From positions 3,038,001 through 3,102,000 of the forward strand of contig NC_043020.1 of NCBI RefSeq assembly GCF_006345805.1: a stretch of 64,000 nucleotides of DNA, written 5' to 3'. The DNA comes from Octopus sinensis (taxonomy: Eukaryota). This document shows positions 1 to 11,442 of this stretch, in pieces (the first letter of the stretch is position 1; each line of letters starts with the position of its first letter). The notes below the pieces were generated by a model. That model searched no databases. It saw only the letters and a program-made list of their open reading frames with translations, and was not told the origin of the DNA. The position numbers and the translations under genes were made by a program.

Positions 1-195
1 GAGTGCTGTGTAAAAAAAAAACCCCAGCTCACTCTGTAAAGTGGTTGGTGTTAAAAGGGTATCTGCCATAGAAACCATGCCAAAACAAACGTGGAGCCTG
101 GGCAGCTCCTCAGTTGGCCAGCTCCTGTCAAACCATCTGACCCATGCTCACGTGGAAAACAGACATTGAATGATGACGATGATGATGATGATGAA
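1..195 (+). mobile_element. RTE-clade LINE 3' end (5'-truncated) with (GAT)n tail
   Basis: GTGGTTGGTGTTAAAAGGGTATCTGCCATAGAAACCATGCC...CCCATGCTCACGTGGAAAACAGACATTGAA(TGA)n. The same tail is joined to RTE RT coding remnants at 13985-14600 and 37925-38290. Confidence 0.7.
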
Positions 196-464
196 AAATA
201 ATCACTTGCAAACTTATTTGCACAAGGTTTTTTTTCTGACGAATCTCTCCTCCCCTACAACATATCTTCCAAACATCCTCCTCCCTCCACCTGTGGTCAC
301 TCTCTACATTCTCCTTCCCCCCCCCTCTATCTCCCACTTTCTTTTGCACATTTACAAACTTACAGGTCCACTCATCCTATCAAGTCCTCTTTACTACTTC
401 GCTTCGGGAACGTGAAACTGAGTAACAGCTTTTGTTATATTTCTGCTGCTTTTAAATAAAGCTT

Positions 465-473
465 ATATATATA

Positions 474-506
<33 letters not shown>
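465..506. repeat. (TA)n microsatellite
   Basis: Pure TA run; a second run lies at ~860-886. Confidence 0.95.
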
Positions 507-858
507 GGCTACTCGTGAGCGTTTGTCGAAAAGCTTGCTGTACATTTTTGGGTGGAGAATTAAGTTCCTGGATTTTCCTGAAGAGAAGGCTGCAATATGG
601 ACTCCTTATTCAATCCGAATTAGGGACTTTGCAGCCTTTGAAACATATGTAGAAAATAATAAAAAGGAATTTTGTTAAATCTTCGTTCAGCTCCATTTCT
701 TCCTACACTAAATATATAAAACTTTCCGCACTAAGGCACAGATTTTTAGGCCCCATGGTCGTAACCTCAACCGTGCTTTTTCTGTTGTGATTTTTGCTAC
801 CCAGGTATCGGTTATCATTTGAATTATCCGTAATAAGATAATTCATTTATCTACTTCA

Positions 859-860
<2 letters not shown>
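507..860 (+). mobile_element. Putative Penelope-like element pLTR remnant carrying a hammerhead ribozyme
   Basis: Non-microsatellite island between two (TA)n runs that contains a minimal type I hammerhead, a known hallmark of Penelope-like pLTRs. No coding sequence is seen, so the assignment is inferred. Confidence 0.5.
572..657 (+). ncRNA. Minimal type I hammerhead ribozyme
   Basis: Stem I ATTTTC(572-577)/GAAAAT(652-657). Core CTGAAGA (578-584). Stem II G-AAGGCTGCAA(585-595)/TTGCAGCCTT-T(629-639). GAAA (640-643). Palindromic stem III ACATATGT (643-650). NUH = GTA, with predicted cleavage between 651 and 652. Confidence 0.85.
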
Positions 861-890
<30 letters not shown>

Positions 891-1218
891 TTAGCCATCA
901 TAGCTAAAGCTATGCTGGAACACCACCTTAAACACATTCACATACTGGACAGACATGGGTGAACTTAGGCAATGTGAATTCATCCAAGTTACTGACAGTG
1001 CACAATGACTTCACAAATAGTCAGTGCTGTGACTTTATGTCAAAATGAAAAAAAAAAAAGCAAGAAGAATGGACCTCAAATATACCACATAAACAAAATA
1101 TGGAATATTTAATACCAAAAGTTACTTAGCAGGATATCAAGATGCTTCAGTGACTATTGCCTTTACCATCATCAGATTCATATATCAGTGGTTGTTTACA
1201 AAGCAGTCACTTTATACA

Positions 1219-1274
1219 TCAGCAAGAAATAATAATTGCTCTTGAAAGATAGAGTAAAATGCCTTCAGAGTGCT
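1219..1274 (-). CDS. Possible terminal coding exon of the minus-strand gene ((E)HSEGILLYLSRAIIISC*)
   Basis: Acceptor atcctgccttgtag; phase 1 start matches the 1919-1995 exon; ends in TGA. A phase-0 reading is also open, so this is weak. Confidence 0.25.
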
Positions 1275-1529
1275 CTACAAGGCAGGATTATAATAAGTTG
1301 GAGTGCTTATGTACATGGCAGAAGCTTACAATCTTATGTTATCTGAAATAGTTCCATCATGGAGAGTGCACAATGCCTGAACAGAAAGTTGGTGCTATGA
1401 CTTTATGCCTAATTGAATTATACCAAGAAGACAGCACCTCAAATATTCCATATAAAGAAACATGTAATATACATACATACATATATATTTCCCTTCTACT
1501 ATGAGCACAAAGCCTGAAATTCAAAGGAA

Positions 1530-1705
1530 GACAGTGCCAGCTGATTCCATCAACCCCAGTGTTCAAATGGTACTTATTTTATCAATTCAAAAAGAATAAA
1601 CGGTGAAGTCGACTTCAGTGGAATTTGACTACAGAAGGAAAAGCATGAAGAAATGATGCCAGGCATCTTGTCCAGTGGGCCAACGATTCTGCCAGCTCAC
1701 CGCTC
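1530..1705 (-). mobile_element. SINE family B (GAGCTGGCAGAATCGTTAGC head; Nin/Deu-like central domain)
   Basis: Reverse complement of the head...GAGTTCAAATTCCACTGAAGTCGAC...GATAAAATAAGTACCA motif shared with 56575-57005. Confidence 0.7.
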
Positions 1706-1918
1706 TATATATATAAAACATACATTAATGTTTATATATAACTTTCAGAAAGAAACCCTTTGTTTCCATAGGAACTCAAATTTCCTCAAACCCAAGAGAC
1801 TGTATATAAATAATTAACCTGATACACAATCAAGTCACGCCAAAGTGCAAGATACAGTAAATGACTTGAGAAGCAGCTGAGGGGAAAACGTGTTTACAGC
1901 TGGATCCATTTTGCTTAC

Positions 1919-1995
1919 CGAAATCACTCAAGTGTGCAATAACTGTGGAAGGAGAATTAATAACACTGCCCTGCCTCAGGTGTATAAAGGAATCT
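1919..1995 (-). CDS. Coding exon, unknown protein (DSFIHLRQGSVINSPSTVIAHLSDF)
   Basis: Acceptor ttttctgcag, donor TTCG|GTAAGC; 77 nt; only one frame open; phase 2 start completes the AG|A (Arg) codon from exon 8668-8789. Confidence 0.6.
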
Positions 1996-2344
1996 CTGCA
2001 GAAAATTAGGTGAAGGATAAGTGTGTATACAAACATACACACACACACTGTTGAAGCAACTTTTAGTAGCATAAAACATTGTATAAAAACTCTATAAATA
2101 AATGAGGTGTCTCTTGAAAATGATGAGAAGCTACAGCCAGGTGGTAAAGTGTTATAATGAGAGAGAAAACTTGGTAAATTAGAAAAATGCAAAGAAAAAA
2201 TAAAATTTCAAAGCATACTCTTTCTAGAATATTCTGGCAAAATCTGCAGTCTAAGAGGGAACCAGAAGCTATTTATACTTCACAACCTATTCACTTCTCA
2301 CACAACAATTAATTCTCCTAAAAAAGACATGAACATCACAGAGT

Positions 2345-2545
2345 AACATATGGTTCCGGGTTCAGTCCCACCGCATAGCACCTAGGGCAAGTATCTTCTA
2401 CTATAGCCTCAGGCCAACCAAAGCCTTGTAAAAAGGAATTAGTTTCAATATGATTTAGTTAAAAAGAAACTAATAACTTTGAAGGTCTGTGCCCCAGCAT
2501 GGCCATAGACCAATGTCTGAAACCAAGTAAAACTAAATAAAAAAT
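2345..2545 (+). mobile_element. SINE family A, internally deleted copy
   Basis: GGTTCCGGGTTCAGTCCCAC...GGGCAAGTATCTTCTACTATAGCCTC head joined directly to the CCCCAGCATGGCCA...GAAACCAAGTAAAA tail. Confidence 0.65.
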
Positions 2546-2687
2546 AAAAGGGAAAGAATAACACAAAGAATCCACCTTCTGTAAGTTGAAGATCATTTGT
2601 TACTGTGATTAGTAGCAGTACAAGTGTTACGAAAACCATAGAGAGTAGAAGGTTGGAATTCAAATTTCTGAGCTGATAATTCTATCC

Positions 2688-3120
2688 CAGATGTTCCTAA
2701 ATTAGAGAGCCTGCACCCACTGAGGGTGCAAAATGGCATTTCAAGAGGTGCAATGAAGAGAGTAAGTATAGACTTTATTAAAATCCATTTTCAGAATAAC
2801 TCCTAAGAATAACTTTATATGACATTCTGCAATGAATTTGGTTTCAGTTCTCTTTTGTTATTCAAGATAAGCTCTAAGAATCCACAGTTGATAAAATCAT
2901 GAATGAGAAGCAATAATAAAGAACCCATTGAATTTTCTAGACAGAGTTCTGACTGATTTTGTTGTACAATTTTTTCTACCTGCTCAATTTGAATTTGCAC
3001 TTTATGCACTGAATCAAAGGCTTACTTTTGGAGTTCAATTTCTTCACCTGGGGCACAGACCTTAAAAGTCCTATGTGTGAATTCTTTTTAAAAATACATA
3101 TATTAGTTATAAGAAAATTG

Positions 3121-3152
<32 letters not shown>

Positions 3153-3231
3153 TGTTTTCAAATATGCTATTACATTGAGTGCAAAAATGAAGCATTTCCT
3201 AAGATAACAAGACAAAGTTTGGGAACCACTG
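2688..3231. mobile_element. hAT-like (Charlie-type) non-autonomous DNA transposon
   Basis: Termini CAGATGTTCCTAAA / TTTGGGAACCACTG; flanks TTCTATCC and CTCTATGT are a partial 8-bp TSD match. Confidence 0.5.
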
Positions 3232-3244
3232 CTCTATGTAATCA

Positions 3245-3873
3245 CTCAACCTGCTTGAAAGAGTAGCCAAATCTTCTGCATATCTTCTGATATCTTTAAA
3301 TAAGAATATATTGGATAAGAGTATATGATTTTAGATATACACCCAAGAGAGAAAAAAAACAGGTTGGTCATAACCAGAATGCCTTTAATGATGAGTTTAC
3401 TCAATCAGGGCTGACCTGAGACTTACCAATAACAGTAAAAGACCAAAGAATATGTGAAGGGGGATTTTACTGATTGTTCAATATGCCAGAAATATCAACC
3501 AAATCTCCCTCACATCATACTATCCCATCTTGAAAAGAGAAGCACACATTGAATAATGAACGTAGTCATAGATACAGTGTCTGGAAAAAAGATGGAATGG
3601 TCATGGCTGAGTTTCTTTTCATCACAGGTCTGCTGAATCAGAACTGACCTGGAGCTAAATAACTATTACACAGAATCAACAAGGAAACCTCAACATGGCC
3701 ACATGATTTGCTAAAAACAGCAGCCTAATCTCCATCAAATGACACTCTACCATCTTAAAAAAAGGATAGGATACATGAGATAATATAGTGCTGGATATAC
3801 AAAAAGATGGATGGTCAAACCTGGAATGTCTTTGATCATAGGCTCACTGGATCAAGGCTGACCTATGGCTAAA
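3245..3873 (+). repeat. Three tandem diverged copies of a ~200 bp interspersed repeat (family D)
   Basis: Units at ~3245-3432, 3470-3665 and 3700-3873 each run GC(A/C)AAATCTCCCTC...GATGG(G/A)ATGGTCA...GGCTGACCTG. Dispersed copies occur at ~11500, 29560, 30750, 38400, 39500, 42860 and 63940. Confidence 0.7.
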
Positions 3874-4052
3874 TGACCACATCTACACAGAATATACATA
3901 TACCAATGTAGACAAAGAAAGACAGTATTTTTAGGTACAACTGATGTGGTGCTGTGAATATTATTTCTATCCAAAGTTTTTTTCCGGAAGTTTCATTATG
4001 TCTGGCAAAGCTAGCTAAATCAACCACACAATGAAAATTGCCAAAAATAAGT

Positions 4053-4057
<5 letters not shown>

Positions 4058-4092
<35 letters not shown>

Positions 4093-4430
4093 TATAATTG
4101 GATATACTTACACATGTACCTGAACACACAATCTCTCTCTCACACATGCACAGTCAATCTTCATACACACAAATTCATACACTTAAACATATGCAATCTT
4201 ACATAGTTACACACATACACACACAATCCAATATACTTACACGTAGGCTCTCATGCACACTATCGCACAATTTCACACACACATGCACAATCTCATACAC
4301 TTACTCACAGAATCTCATACACTTATATATATATATACCATCATACACACACTTAGACACACACACACACAATATCACATGCTTTCACACACACACTTAT
4401 ACACATGTAACCATTTTTACACAAACACAG
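4058..4430. repeat. (CA)n and CA-rich low-complexity tract
   Basis: Degenerate CA/ACAT repeats; accounts for the His/Thr-rich ORFs in the track. Confidence 0.9.
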
Positions 4431-4852
4431 TATCTCTCAGAAAAAAATACTATTTTTCTGACGGTGGAGAAGGAGAGGATAGAGGTGACAGACATCTGAT
4501 CTTAATGATATTAAATTAACTAAACAATTAGTCAAAAATTAAATTAAAATTTAAGACTTAAAGTTTAAGATTAAAATTATTTTTGGTAATTGAATTAATC
4601 CACTCTACATTCTCAAGAAGTTCCATTTGAATATCAACCGTATCAATCTCACTGAGTAAGTGGATGACCTGCATCACGTGTATTCACTGTCCTATTTCTT
4701 TGGACCAAATATGGGGAAGCCAGGTAATTGATTTGAACATAGAACAGCAGAAAAGTTAGGAGGATTGGTTTCCAGGAAATTTAAGAATTCTATTTTAATT
4801 GTCATAAGAGGTACAGGTATGTTGTGTGGCTATGAAGCTCACTTTGCAACCA

Positions 4853-5135
4853 TTTTAATAATAATAATAATAATGAAATTATTGTATACAGTGCTCAAGT
4901 GCACCATAACTTGTCAAAAGTGCGTATAAAGCATATGCAGTAATGTACAAATATCTGGAAAGCGAACAGTGTATGTGTCAGAAAGATGTTTGCGTGTGTA
5001 TGGAGGGGAGAAAATCAGGTGTAGTGTTGAATCTCAGGAAGCATGGAAGTTTTGAAGGATGCAGTGCTCTGACAACTAACAACTGATGCCGGCAGTTTGT
5101 TCCATGCTTCAGCAACTCTTAGCGTGAGAAAATGT
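4853..5135 (-). mobile_element. CR1-clade LINE 3' end
   Basis: Minus-strand translation FLTLRVAEAWNKLPASVVSCQSTASFKTSMLPEIQHYT* matches the CR1 ORF2 C-terminal RV..WN.LP motif; followed by a 3' UTR and an (ATT)n tail. Confidence 0.75.
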
Positions 5136-5369
5136 TTCCAAAAATGTTTTGTCTCATGTTTAGTCCTGTTGCACAACTTGTGAGTGAATTCGGTTGATAG
5201 AAACTGTGTGGAAGTCTGTCATTATCATTTAATGCCTGTTTTCCATGCTGGCTTGGGTTGAACAGTTTGACAGGAACTTTCAAGCTAGAGGGCTGCACCA
5301 GACCCCAGTTGCCTGTCATTGAGTGCATGAAAGTATACATATTTATAAGTTGGTTAGTTTCTGTCCCCA

Positions 5370-5831
5370 TAACTGAGTGATTCAGCAGAAATCACCGATA
5401 GCATAAGCATCCGACTTGTCTTCAAATCCTGATGAGTTGGGCAGATGCCATCAAACATTTGGCAAGCCTTGGGCATTTTTAACTTGACAAAGTTTATTCC
5501 TCTTTAGGTCTGAACCAGGACAAGGTGATGTGGACTCCTTCCCCTCTCTAGTGAATTGCACAATCCCTCTATTAACTGTAGTAAGCAGAATCCCAAGGTT
5601 TTCTGCGATTTTATGCTGACCATGTCCACCTTCAAAATGACCCACAATACAGCCTCTTTGAAATTCAGACAGTTCCAATGCATCTTTTGTACATGGCATG
5701 ATTAAACAGTCACATATAGAACCTGAAACATGAAAATGTCAATTAATAAAAAATATAAACTTTTACAAGTTAGAATAAACATAAAACGAGGTTTTATGGG
5801 GTGTCTGTTTACTTCTGTCATGTCTGTGTAT
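5370..5831 (-). mobile_element. Tc1-like transposon 5' fragment (HTH region, decayed)
   Basis: [57 protein letters not shown] resembles the Tc1/Tc3 N-terminal HTH. TIR-like end TACACAGACATGACAGAAGTAAACAGACACCCC sits next to a TA. Confidence 0.75.
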
Positions 5832-6509
5832 ATAAAACAGCATTATCCACTGTTCTTCTTTTATCGTTTAAGGCAGTAGAATGTAGTTTGACAGTTTTGG
5901 TTGCTATTTCTAGCAGGCTGAGAGGCCACATAGATATTTTAGTGTTGGCTTGTAAAAGATATGAGTCTCTGTACTTTGCAGGACAAGTGCTGATTGTACC
6001 ATTTAGTGAATTATAGCGCTCCACCACCATAGTTTGTTATATGCCATCTGGAGGTCATAAGAAAACTGAGTCAAAGCAATTTCTAAATCCATCTCTTCAA
6101 ATTACCAATGTCAGCTAATTTTGCATATTTTCTTCGTTCCATTTCTTTTATGTATATAAACACATATACAAACACATATATATGCATATATATATATATA
6201 TAAAATATACATATATACACACAAAGATATATATACAAACACACATGTATGCGTACATGTAATTACATATTAAAGAATTTAAACTGAACAAAAAGTTCAT
6301 ATAAACTTTTTCTTCAGTTTTAATATCTAAAATATATGTATGTGTGTGTATACATATATCCTTATCTCTATCTACACACACACAAACACACGTGAGTATA
6401 CCATATATGGGTAGATGTGAAAATAGCTAAGATATTCATATAATAAATACACCCACACAAAACATCCACAGTCACTCAAACCCAGAAACTTTCCTGCAGC
6501 TAATCTCTT

Positions 6510-6790
6510 CACAAACTTCAAAACATCTGGCAATCAAGTGTTTCAAAGTAACCAAGGATGCCTTCAGGGTGTGAGTTTGGAGAGCATTCTTCTGTATGGA
6601 GCCAGATCTTGAAATGAGGACCACAAAGAAAGAGATCTGGGATCCCCATTATAACGTGGATTCTCATCCACTTGTATGTTGTTGTAAACACAGTAATATT
6701 CTTGTCACCACAATTATGTTGTGGTGGCATTCTGCGTCTTATCTTTCACTCATCTATTGTGCTGTCGCTGACAGCTCCACAAGACAATAA
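6510..6790 (+). mobile_element. Decayed RTE LINE RT C-terminal fragment
   Basis: Contains KHLAIKCFKV...ESILLYGARS, resembling the RTE ESILLYG(S/A)ETW motif; broken by stops and frameshifts. Confidence 0.45.
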
Positions 6791-6849
6791 CTTTGAAACG
6801 TCTACTTTTATTCCAAAAGGAAGCCACTTGAATTTACACAATCCATGGT

Positions 6850-7014
6850 GGAGGGTTTTAGTCAAACAAATCGACCCCAGGGCTTTTTTTTCAAAACCAA
6901 GTACTTATTCTATCAGCCTCTTTTGTTAGACTGCTAAGTTACAGGAATGCAAACACCAACATTGCTTGTCAAGTGGGGGGGGACAAACACACACACGCAC
7001 ACACACACACACAC

Positions 7015-7061
<47 letters not shown>

Positions 7062-7225
7062 AATATATGAGCTTCTTTCAGTTTCCATTTACCAAATCCA
7101 TTCACAAGGCTTTGGTCGGCTTGAGACAATGGTAGAAGACATTTTCCCAAAGTCCCACACAGTGGGACTGAACCTAAAGCTTTGTGGATGGGAAGCAAGC
7201 TTTTTACCACAGCCATAGCTGCACC
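6850..7225 (-). mobile_element. SINE family A (tRNA-like head, internal (CA)n)
   Basis: Reverse complement of GGCTGTGGTAAAAAGCTTGCTTCCC...GGTTCAGTCCCACTG (A/B-box-like); internal CA microsatellite. Confidence 0.8.
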
Positions 7226-7250
7226 CTTATGGTTTGGATACCCCCATAAC

Positions 7251-7325
7251 CTGATAGAAAATGAAGACAATTCAACTGCATTGATGTTTATTGGAAAAAA
7301 CACACAATATGGAATTGAGAACCTA
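7251..7325 (-). CDS. Possible symmetric (phase 2-2) exon (RFSIPYCVFFPININAVELSSFSI)
   Basis: Acceptor ccccattacatttag, donor CAG|GTTATG; 75 nt; fits between exons 8668-8789 and 1919-1995 but is not required. Confidence 0.25.
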
Positions 7326-8667
7326 CTAAATGTAATGGGGATAGAACCCTCTTGGAGCCACATAGTTAAACGTAATTCCATAATATCGAGGTTCCTTTCA
7401 TTCTTTTGTTGTCTTGACATTTCTATCAATACATATATATATACGTAAATAATAATAATGGTATTTATATAAGCTTAAAGCTTATGGTTATCACCATGCA
7501 ATGACTAAGAAAAATAGTCTAATAAAGGGGCATATAAGCCCTCGACAGAAAAAAAATAAGGCTTTCCTATCCATGTGGGAGATAACAAACCATTCACACC
7601 GGAAGCATGTGTATATATATATACACACATACACACACATGTTTATGTATGTGTGTGTGTGTGTACAAAGTAAAATAACTATATACATATATATATATAC
7701 ATTACTATAAATATATAGTAACATATATATATATGTACCTATACATCTAAATACACATATTCATAATTTTTCAGGCGGATGTTAAACAATGATGATGATG
7801 ATATATATATGAATTTATAGAAAAGGGAAAGAAAAAGAAATAATTAAACTATTTGATAGAATTTCAAGAATTGAGAAATTTTTAAATGATTTATACATCA
7901 AATTTCCAAATATCGATGTCATTGAACATAAGGTCAGGTTGTCTGAGACTGACAAAAATAGATTCTCAAAGAATTGCAAAACATTTTTGAAATTTTAATT
8001 TCAGTTTTGTTCCTTTATCTTCTTTTTTAGTTTTGTCTTGGTGTATGCAAATTTGGTGTGTCCATGTGTATGTATGTGCTGTGTGTATGCACATGATGTC
8101 AATGATTACAAACTGAAATAATATATAGTTTCTTTTTCAAAATTTGCTGCTTCTTTTTTTAATTTATTTCCTAAATTATTTATATATTATGTAAATAGTT
8201 TGGTTATATTCAATATGTCATATGCTGAACAAGCTCCAGGTTATACAATAAATATATTATTTTGCATAAATGATAAAAAAAAACTGTTGATGTCTTAACT
8301 ACAGTAGTTTTGGAGAATACAGATTGAAAGCAGTCAAATAAAGAATCAATTTTGCAAAGAAATGTGACAAAAACAGTGTTACCAAATTTATTTTGTTTAT
8401 TAGATGGGTGGAATGTTGTACCAGTTATGCATCACCACAAAAGATATAGGAAACAAAAATACAATAAGAGAAATAGTTAGGCTTTATGACATGTTATAAT
8501 CTAACTGATCCCAAATACATCATTTACCTTTATATAGTGTTATTGCCATCAGAGCATAATTAAGACCCATAATCCTTATGGCCTTTGAGTAGATTAAAAG
8601 ATTCATAAAAAGTCTACTGAAGGTGTCTTAAGAGACTGATTGGGAATGGAAAGAAATCAGGAGTTAC

Positions 8668-8789
8668 CTAAACATAGATGGAAGAAAAACATTGCTGATT
8701 GGTCTAATCTCAACAACTGCACCACAAGAAACCTCATCAGTCAAGAGACAGGATGAAGGGAGAACATTTTTCATGCATGAATGCAAAGT
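8668..8789 (-). CDS. Coding exon, unknown protein (TLHSCMKNVLPSSCLLTDEVSCGAVVEIRPISNVFLPSMF)
   Basis: Acceptor ttctctttgaatttacag, donor TAG|GTAACT; 122 nt; single open frame, phase 0 to 2. Confidence 0.65.
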
Positions 8790-10326
8790 CTGTAAATTCA
8801 AAGAGAATTGAAACCTGATAAACACACATACATGCATGCGCGCATGCACACACACACATACACACAGGTGTTGAAACCATAATTATACCCATCTGGCAGC
8901 TGATGATGGGAGTGTATATTTGATGTGCCTGTTGTCCGTGAATCTTTTATATCCTGTGTTCTCATTGTACTAAGTTGTCCTTCATTCTTGTAGGGTTGAA
9001 TGTGTCAAAGGGTTTGGAGATTTGGGGCTTATGGTGGTTCTGTTGTTAATAACTTACTATCCATTTGCTTTTCATTCTTTCAGGTTCGATAAAACAAGTA
9101 CCAGTTGAACACTGGAGTCAATGTCAATGACTTACCTCCTCCCCTGAATTTGCTGGCTTTGTGCAACAGTTTCAGATCCATATTATACTATCTATCCGGG
9201 TGACAAGATGGCAGAACTGTTAGCATTCCAGGAAAAATGGTTAGTGGTATGTTGTCTGTCTCCACATTCTGAGATCGAATTTCACCAAGGTTAACTTTGC
9301 TTTCAACTTTTCAGAGTTGATAAAGAGAGGTATGTAGAGTTGTTTGCAAGACATATAAGTACCAGTTTAGCACTGGGGTCAAAGTAATTGGTTTATCCCC
9401 TCCCCAGAAATTGCTGAATTTGAGCCAAAATTTGAAACCAATTGATACTGTGTGATTACCCTTCATTGAGATTCTAATCATAGCTAGAGTAAAAACTGAA
9501 CCCATATGTACAGGGATATGTTGCACATTATGTCCCATAACATAATTTCTTACATACCTGCAGGGCCTGTGGAAATTTGATGATTATTTTGTAAACTATG
9601 AGATTGTTGGAAATTTATAGAGGATCATGAAATATATAATTTCTTTTAAAACATTATTTTTTTCTGAAATGCTTCATTCATGAAATGATGTGAAGTCCTT
9701 ACATACAGTTTTGTGAGAGAACAACTTTCAAAAGAGTATTTTCTATTATACATTTGTCATGTTTTCTACTTTTAGAGTTGTTATCTATAATTTGTATCTT
9801 CTACCAATTAGTAAGCAATCTTAACAATGGAATGAAATCAAAGATATAAGTCTATCTTCAACATTATTCTGTTGGAGTACAACAGTTGATAAACCTTAAT
9901 AAGCTAATCTACATATAATTTCATATCAAACAAAAGTGCATATGACTGGGCTAAGTATAGTAGTGTCCAACTAAACTGTAAATTCTAAAAAAAAAAAAAC
10001 AATATATCAGTAATGTATAATACAATTTAAAATATGCATGTATCATTTATCAATCAGTTGTCTATTAGATAATAAGATAAATGTTCCATCAATAATAAAT
10101 TATATCTTCCATGTTGTTCTTTAGTTTGGCAGTCAATTGTCTTATAAATAATACAAATGTTGTATGCTTAATGTTTTTGATTCATTCTACAGATGAAGCA
10201 TTATCTGCAAAGACTGTAGCAGAATAATAATATAGACACTGGTGGCTACAAAAATGAGTTGTATGAAAATGTATTCTAAATATTGAACATGTTTGTAAAA
10301 ATATATGTTCACACACAGATACATAA

Positions 10327-10548
10327 CTCTTTTACTCTTTTAACTCTTTTAATTGTTTCAGTCATTTGACTGTGGCCATGCTGGAGCACCGCCTTTTTAG
10401 TCGAGCAAATCGACCCCGGGACTTATCCTTTGTAAGCCTATTACTTATTCTATCAGTCTCTTTTGCCGAACCGCTAAGTTACAGGGACACAAACACACCA
10501 GCATCGGTTGTCAAGCGAAGTTGGGGGGACAAACACAAACACATAAAT

Positions 10549-10601
<53 letters not shown>

Positions 10602-10764
10602 CGACGGGCTTCTTTCAGTTTCTGTCTTCCAAATCCATTCAAAAGGCTTTGGTGGGCCCGAAACTATAGTAGAAGACACTGCCCAAGGTGCCATGCAGTG
10701 GAAATGAACCCGGAACCATGTGGTTGGTAAGCAAGCTACTTACCACACAGCCACTCCTGCGCCT
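10327..10764 (-). mobile_element. SINE family A, near full length
   Basis: Head AGGCGCAGGAGTGGCTGTGTGGTAAGTAGC...CCGGGTTCA, internal (AT)n, tail (AAAAGAGT)n. Confidence 0.9.
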
Positions 10765-11050
10765 TATATATTAGTGCCTACAAAAGTTAATACTGATAAA
10801 CGAAAAGCATTCAAATAATGACCACATATTCTTATATTCTTTCACTGCTTTCACTTACTGGACTGTAGCCATGCTGGAGCAATGCCTTCAAAATATGTTA
10901 GTGTGCATGAACATCAGAGTATAAATGAGCTAAGAGAAAAATTGGGTACAAGATGAATCAGGAATTGTGTGCAAGAGAGGAGGCACCCAAAGTAGACACT
11001 GGTGCATGATGCAGGACTCCAACTCATCAGAAATACTTCAATTAATTATA

Positions 11051-11442
11051 AGCACAGGCATGGCTTTGTGGTAAGAAGTTTACTTCTCAACCACATGGTT
11101 CTGGGTTCAGTCCCACTGTGTGGCACCTTGGGAAAATGTCTTCTACTATAGCTTGGGCCAACAAAAGCTTTGTGGGTGCATTTGGTAAATAGAAACTGAA
11201 AGAAGCCCATTGTGTGTGTGTGTGTGTGTCTTTGTGTTTGTCCCCTACCACCACTTGACAACTGATACTGGTGTGTTTACATTTCTGTAACTTAGCAGTT
11301 TGGCAAAAGAGACCAACAGAATAACTACTAGGCTTAGCAAAGAAAAACATGTCCTGGAGTTAATTTGTTCAACTAAAACACATCAATGTGATGCTCCAGC
11401 ATGGCCACAGTCAAAATGCTTGAAACAAATAAAAGATAAAAG
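11051..11442 (+). mobile_element. SINE family A
   Basis: GGCATGGCTTTGTGGTAAGAAG...GGGTTCAGTCCCACTG...(GT)n...CTCCAGCATGGCCACAGTC...AAAAGATAAAAG. Confidence 0.85.

Noticed and set aside
366-421. Plus-strand exon-like segment after acttacag
   Set aside because: Resembles ~42060-42120 and sits next to the pLTR-like island; more likely repeat-derived.
1919-1942. VIAHLSDFG read as a kinase DFG motif
   Set aside because: The G depends on the unknown next exon, and no HRD, VAIK or glycine-loop motif appears in the spliced peptide.
5428-5445. CTGATGAG hammerhead core
   Set aside because: No downstream stem II-GAAA; lies in the Tc1 fossil.
6500-6570. Plus-strand exon with GGT|GTGAGT donor
   Set aside because: Lies in a decayed RTE RT remnant (ESILLYGA motif follows immediately).
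11051-11130. tRNA gene
   Set aside because: A/B-box-like motifs belong to SINE heads; no cloverleaf or anticodon arm.
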